Program-made: the position numbers and the translations under genes
DNA from: an uncultured delta proteobacterium
GTDB lineage: Bacteria > Myxococcota_A > Polyangia > Polyangiales > JAFGIB01
Length of the DNA: 64,000 nt
Assembly (NCBI GenBank): GCA_963778655.1
Contig: CAVZVA010000009.1
Coordinates: forward strand, 384,001 to 448,000
Direction of reading: 5' to 3'
The notes under the pieces: generated by a model
What the model saw: only the letters and a program-made list of their open reading frames with translations
Told to the model about the DNA's origin: nothing
Database searches by the model: none
Shown: one piece after another, positions 59,770-64,000 of the stretch
Numbering within the stretch: position 1 is the first letter of the stretch
Layout: each line of letters opens with the position of its first letter

Positions 59770-60561
59770 ATGTGCACCATCCTGTATTTGCATCGCGTTC
59801 ACCCGGAGCTTCCGCTAATCATCGCGGCCAACCGCGACGAGTACTACGCGCGGCCCAGCGCCGTACCGCAGCTCTTGCACGCACAGCCGCTCGCGGTGGG
59901 CGGCGTCGACCTCAAGGCCGGCGGCACCTGGCTCGGGGCCAACCAGCACGGGATCGTGGTGGGCCTGACCAATCAGCGCACCTTTCGTGCTCCCGATCCC
60001 AGCGCGCGCTCGCGCGGCGAGGTGGTGCGGGCGGCGCTGTGCGCGCGCAGCGGGGAGGAGATCGCCGACCGGCTGCGGCGGCTCGAGCCCGCGCGCTACA
60101 ACGCATTCAACCTGCTGTTCGGCGACGCCTCCGGGCTCTACGTGGCCTACGTGCGTCCCGACCAGCGCGAGCCGAGCATCGAGCCGGCGCCGACCGGCGT
60201 GCAGGTGCTGCCCAACGATCGCATCGGCGCGCCCGGGTTCCCGCGTGCCGAACGCGCGCGCACGCTGGCTCTGCCGATCGGCACAGAGCCTTGGCCACGC
60301 CTGCGGCAGAGCCTGGCGACCGTGCTCGGCGACCACGAGCGGCCGGCCTTCGAGCAGGTGCCCGAGCCGCCGCCGCACGCCAGCATCGATCGCCTGCATC
60401 TGTGGCGCGCCGGCGCGATCTGCACCCACGGCGAAATCTACGGCACCTGTTCGGCGACCATCATCGCGTGCACCGAGGGGGGCGTGGCGAGCTACCTGTA
60501 CGCGCACGGAACCGCGTGCAGGACGCCCTTCGCCGACTACACGCATTTGTTACAAGCGTGA
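59770..60561 (+). CDS. NRDE/TANGO2 family protein
   Basis: MCTI, AANRDE, AGGTWLG, RSRG, YGT. Confidence 0.92.
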   Translation: MCTILYLHRVHPELPLIIAANRDEYYARPSAVPQLLHAQPLAVGGVDLKAGGTWLGANQHGIVVGLTNQRTFRAPDPSARSRGEVVRAALCARSGEEIADRLRRLEPARYNAFNLLFGDASGLYVAYVRPDQREPSIEPAPTGVQVLPNDRIGAPGFPRAERARTLALPIGTEPWPRLRQSLATVLGDHERPAFEQVPEPPPHASIDRLHLWRAGAICTHGEIYGTCSATIIACTEGGVASYLYAHGTACRTPFADYTHLLQA

Positions 60562-60626
60562 GCACGCGTGCGTCTCGGCCGCCTTCCGCTTGACCCGCTC
60601 TCGCCGGTCGTGCTGGGATAGGCACC

Positions 60627-60911
60627 ATGCCTCGTACCAAGAGCAAGCGCGCGAAGCGCGCGGCTTCCGCACCGAACAAGCGTGTGAAGACCGCGGCCCG
60701 CGGCGGTGCCAAGCGCCCGGTCAAGCGCGCCAAGGCGGCCGCGGTGCCCGCCGGCAAGGGCAGCGAGGCGGCCAAAGCCGAGGCGGACTTGCGGCTTCAG
60801 TTCGTGAGCCTGGTGATGCGCATCGGCACCGAGGAAGCCGAGCGCTTGCTCGCGCGTATCATCGAGGTGGAGACGCACACCGCCGACTCGCTGGACCGCA
60901 TCTCGCGCTAG
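60627..60911 (+). CDS. Small basic histone-H1-like protein with C-terminal helical domain
   Basis: K/R/A/P-rich first 45 residues, then LRLQFVSLVMRIGTEEAERLL. Confidence 0.65.
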   Translation: MPRTKSKRAKRAASAPNKRVKTAARGGAKRPVKRAKAAAVPAGKGSEAAKAEADLRLQFVSLVMRIGTEEAERLLARIIEVETHTADSLDRISR

Positions 60912-60920
60912 GTACTCGCA

Positions 60921-61838
60921 TCAGCTCCGCTGCCGCAGCCAGTGCAGGACCTGAGCTTCGAGTCGGACTCGCGCGGGGAAACCGACGTGGCCTCCGGCCG
61001 CGAGGCGTCGTACCTCGAGCTTGGGCGCCGGCGCCTGCAGGTGCGGCTCATAGGTCCACGGCGGCACCATGGGATCGTGCAGGCTCTGCGCCAGCAGCGC
61101 AGGCACGCGCAGCGCACCGAGCCTCGGGCCGGCGCTCATCTGCTCGTAGTAGCGTGCGACCGTGCCGAAACCGAAGCGCGGCACCACCGTGAGGCTGTCC
61201 CACTCGCGGATCGTGCGCGCGCGTTGCACGCGCGGCAGCGGCGTCGGCACCGCTCGCTTGCCGGCGACCGCGGCGTAGATCTGCTTGAGGCCGGAGAGCA
61301 CGTGCTGCCGATACAACAGCGCACCCGGGCGGTCGATCGCCTGCGCCGAGAGCTCGAGGTCGAGCGGTGCGCACACCGCCGCGACGGCACGCACCCGCAC
61401 GTCTCCGGGCTGCAGCGCGAAGCGCAGCGTGACGTGGCCGCCGAGCGAATAGCCGAGCACGAAGATGCGCGCGAAGCCGGCCAGCGCTTCGCTCGCGACC
61501 GCGGCCTCGAGGTCGGCGGTGAGCCCGGCGTGATAGAAGTCGTCGCCCTGGCGGTCGGCGCCGCGCAGGCCCAGCCGCAGGCAGGCGAGCCCGGCCTGCT
61601 CGGCCGCGCGCGCCGCCTCGATGCAGTAGTGCGCCTCGATCGACCCGCCCAGGCCGTGCACCACCACCAGGCAGCTGTCCGCGCCTTCGCGTGCGCGCAG
61701 CGCGCCCCGCAGCGTGACCGGGCCGGCGGTGGGGTCGTGCAGCAGCGCCGACCATGGCCGTGCAGGCGGAGCCGCGCGCGGCGCCACCCGGTGCAGCTGG
61801 CTCGGCACGATGGTCCAGAAGTGTCCGGCCACCGACAT
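60921..61838 (-). CDS. Alpha/beta hydrolase (YheT-like)
   Basis: VHGLGGS, FYHAGLTAD, GYSLGG, DPMVP, GGHVGF. Confidence 0.9.
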   Translation of the reverse strand: MSVAGHFWTIVPSQLHRVAPRAAPPARPWSALLHDPTAGPVTLRGALRAREGADSCLVVVHGLGGSIEAHYCIEAARAAEQAGLACLRLGLRGADRQGDDFYHAGLTADLEAAVASEALAGFARIFVLGYSLGGHVTLRFALQPGDVRVRAVAAVCAPLDLELSAQAIDRPGALLYRQHVLSGLKQIYAAVAGKRAVPTPLPRVQRARTIREWDSLTVVPRFGFGTVARYYEQMSAGPRLGALRVPALLAQSLHDPMVPPWTYEPHLQAPAPKLEVRRLAAGGHVGFPARVRLEAQVLHWLRQRS

Positions 61839-61846
61839 ACCGTGCT

Positions 61847-62908
61847 TCAAATGCCGTAGAAGCGCAGGGCGTTGTCGCGCAGCAGCGCGCGCGGGGCCTG
61901 TGGTCCGCGCTCGGCCGCGAGTTGCGCGTAGGCCTCGAACAGCTGTGCATAGGGCAAGCTGACCTTGTCCATGGGGAAGTTCGAGGCGAAGAAGCAGCGC
62001 GCTTCGCCGAAGCAGTCGAGGGCGTGCCGCACGAACGGACCGAGCTTGTCCACCAGCTCCGCGAGCGAGGGCGGCTCCGCGCGCTTGTGGAAGCCGAAAC
62101 CCATGACGGGCATCGCCAGCCCGGAGATCTTGGCGTGCACGTTCTTGTGCTCGGCCACCCGCGCCAGCCCCTCGCGCCACGCGCCCGCGATCTGCGCGCG
62201 CTCGTCCTCGTTCAACCCTAGGTCCGCGACCGGGCCGCCTGCGGCCACGGGCGTGCCCAGGTGGTCGAGCACGATGGGTGCGTCGGGGAAGCGCGCGGCC
62301 AGCGCGGCCACGTCGTCCAGCTGGGTCGAGTACACCCACGCATCGAAGCGCAGGCCCTGGCCCGCCAGCTGCTCGAAGCCGCGCAAGAAATCCGCCTCCT
62401 GATACAAGTGCGGAAGCCGCGACCAGGCCATCACGTTGCGGTTGGTGTGGTGCGACGCCATGTGGCGGATGCCGCGGAGCTTGGGGCTCGCCTCGCGATG
62501 TGCGGCGAGCAACGCGTCGAGCTTCTTAGCGCGCAGGTCCGCGTGCGCCACGATCGCGCCTAGGTGCATCCCGGAAGCCTCGAAGTCCAGGCTCTCGAGC
62601 CAGCGTGTCTCGCCTGCCGGAGCGAGCGCGCCGATGCGCGCCCAGCCCGCCTCCACGTGCACCATGGTCTCGATGCGCAGCGGCGCGGCGCCTGCCGCAT
62701 GGTCGGCAGGCAGGTAGGGCGCGAGCATGTAGTCGGGCCGGCCCAAAAAGTCGCGCACCGGAGGCGGCGTCAGCGCGTTGGTGACCTTGCGGCACAGCTC
62801 GGGCCAACGGCCGAGCATTCGGACGAAGGGCGAGACGGCGCGCGGCGTGGTCCGCGGGTCCCACAGGTGCACGTGGGGATCGACCAGAGCGAAGTCCAGA
62901 GATGCCAT
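61847..62908 (-). CDS. Amidohydrolase family 2 (sugar-lactonase-like)
   Basis: DPHVHLW, RGIR, VLDHLGTP, AKISGL, FASNFPMD. Confidence 0.88.
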   Translation of the reverse strand: MASLDFALVDPHVHLWDPRTTPRAVSPFVRMLGRWPELCRKVTNALTPPPVRDFLGRPDYMLAPYLPADHAAGAAPLRIETMVHVEAGWARIGALAPAGETRWLESLDFEASGMHLGAIVAHADLRAKKLDALLAAHREASPKLRGIRHMASHHTNRNVMAWSRLPHLYQEADFLRGFEQLAGQGLRFDAWVYSTQLDDVAALAARFPDAPIVLDHLGTPVAAGGPVADLGLNEDERAQIAGAWREGLARVAEHKNVHAKISGLAMPVMGFGFHKRAEPPSLAELVDKLGPFVRHALDCFGEARCFFASNFPMDKVSLPYAQLFEAYAQLAAERGPQAPRALLRDNALRFYGI

Positions 62909-63132
62909 GGGCCGGTAGCATGCCTCCGGCGGGCCGGTGCGAGCCAGCGCTTTTTTTCGCGTGCTGGCCGCTCGGGACGGCGCCCGGGCACCGGGCCGTC
63001 ACCCGGGCGTAGGCACTGTTCCGTTCGACTCGGGCTCAGCCGCGACCCTGGCTGCGGATGCGCGTCGACCAAGACCTGCGCGCGCCAGCGAGACTGGGAG
63101 TTCTCTCGGGTTTTCGGTACATTGCCTGGAGC

Positions 63133-64000
63133 ATGTCCGGTGCCCAGGGTGGCTTGCTCGTCCGTCGCGTCGGCATCGCGCTTGCCGCGTATCGCCCGCA
63201 GCCGGCCTTTCTCCGCGAGCAGCTTGCCTCGATTCAGCGCCAGACGTTTTCGAGCTGGAGTTGCTTGCTCTCGTTCGATTCTCCGCTGGCGGCGGTGCGA
63301 GAGGAGCCCGCGCTGCGCGAGTTTTTCGAGGACCCGCGCTTCGCGTGGCGTGAGAATCCCGAGCGCTTTGGGTACAGGAGGAACTTCGAGGCCACGATTC
63401 AAGCATTGGTGAGCACAGGCGTCGACGCGGTGGCGTGCTGCGATCAAGACGACGTGTGGGCCCCCGACAAGCTGGCGCGCAACGTCGAAGCGCTCGAGCG
63501 CAGCGGTCCACTATCGCTCGTGCACAGTGACATGTGGCTGATGACCGAGGACGGCATTCGTACCGAGCGCGCCTGGGCGTTCGAGCACCGCAGCACGCGT
63601 TCTGTCACGCCGTCGCAGCTCCTGGTGCGCAATGTGGTTTCTGGCTGCTCCATGCTCTTCGACGCCGAGCTCGCGCGCCGATTTCCGTGCCCGGACGAGG
63701 GCGTCGAGCACCACGACCACTGGTATGCGCTGGTCGCCTCGTTCTACGGCGGCGTGCATCCCATCGCCGATCGGCTTCTGGACTATCGGCAGCACGCGGA
63801 CAACGCGATCGGCGCGTCTCGGCTCGGCGGGCCGCTGCGCCTGCCACGCGAGCTGCGCACATGGCCGGTGCGCGGCGCTGCACGCAGTGCCGTGCAGCGT
63901 CAATGCCAGGCTTGGCAGAAGGTGCGCGCGCTGGCCAGAGCGGCGCTCTACGCGGGCTTGCCGCTGGATGATTTGCAGAAGCTCAGCTTCATATCGGAAC
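63133..64000 (+). CDS. GT2 glycosyltransferase (rhamnosyltransferase-like), runs off the window end
   Basis: Hand translation: LAAYRP..FLREQLASIQRQT, RNFE, CDQDDVWAPDKL, NVVSGCSM, HDHW, YRQHADNAIG; no stop before 64000. Confidence 0.88.
   Translation, partial: MSGAQGGLLVRRVGIALAAYRPQPAFLREQLASIQRQTFSSWSCLLSFDSPLAAVREEPALREFFEDPRFAWRENPERFGYRRNFEATIQALVSTGVDAVACCDQDDVWAPDKLARNVEALERSGPLSLVHSDMWLMTEDGIRTERAWAFEHRSTRSVTPSQLLVRNVVSGCSMLFDAELARRFPCPDEGVEHHDHWYALVASFYGGVHPIADRLLDYRQHADNAIGASRLGGPLRLPRELRTWPVRGAARSAVQRQCQAWQKVRALARAALYAGLPLDDLQKLSFISE

Overview
High-GC (visually about 70%) bacterial DNA with a myxobacterial character (Polyangiales/Sandaracinaceae-like; inferred from the MglA-type GTPase, the DUF4388 protein, and many Cys-rich lipoproteins and TPR/beta-barrel proteins). 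There are about 60 mostly housekeeping or cell-envelope genes: rpoZ, tatA, a fadE24/fadE23-like acyl-CoA dehydrogenase pair, YbhGFR-like and MacAB-TolC-like efflux operons with TetR regulators, a MATE transporter, an NAD-IDH-family enzyme, a 5'-nucleotidase and others. I found no rRNA, tRNA, CRISPR array or intact integrase/transposase. Best leads: (1) a lipoprotein fusing a c-type cytochrome to a complete PHM/DBH-type two-copper monooxygenase, with a stand-alone DsbD-alpha lipoprotein upstream; (2) a 2.06-kb islet flanked by a 138-bp duplication of the tolC 3' end, containing a transposase remnant, inverted repeats and one cargo lipoprotein; (3) an orphan MglA GTPase with a C-terminal extension, head-to-head with a DUF4388 gene; (4) an EGF lipoprotein / FadL barrel / caspase-fold protease gene string; (5) an unannotated 44-aa ORF with its own UUCG hairpin; (6) a MITE/RPE-like palindrome; (7) a histone-H1-like small protein; (8) frameshifted GH15 and HelD/UvrD-like genes. 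All family calls come from motif recognition by eye, and start codons are best guesses.
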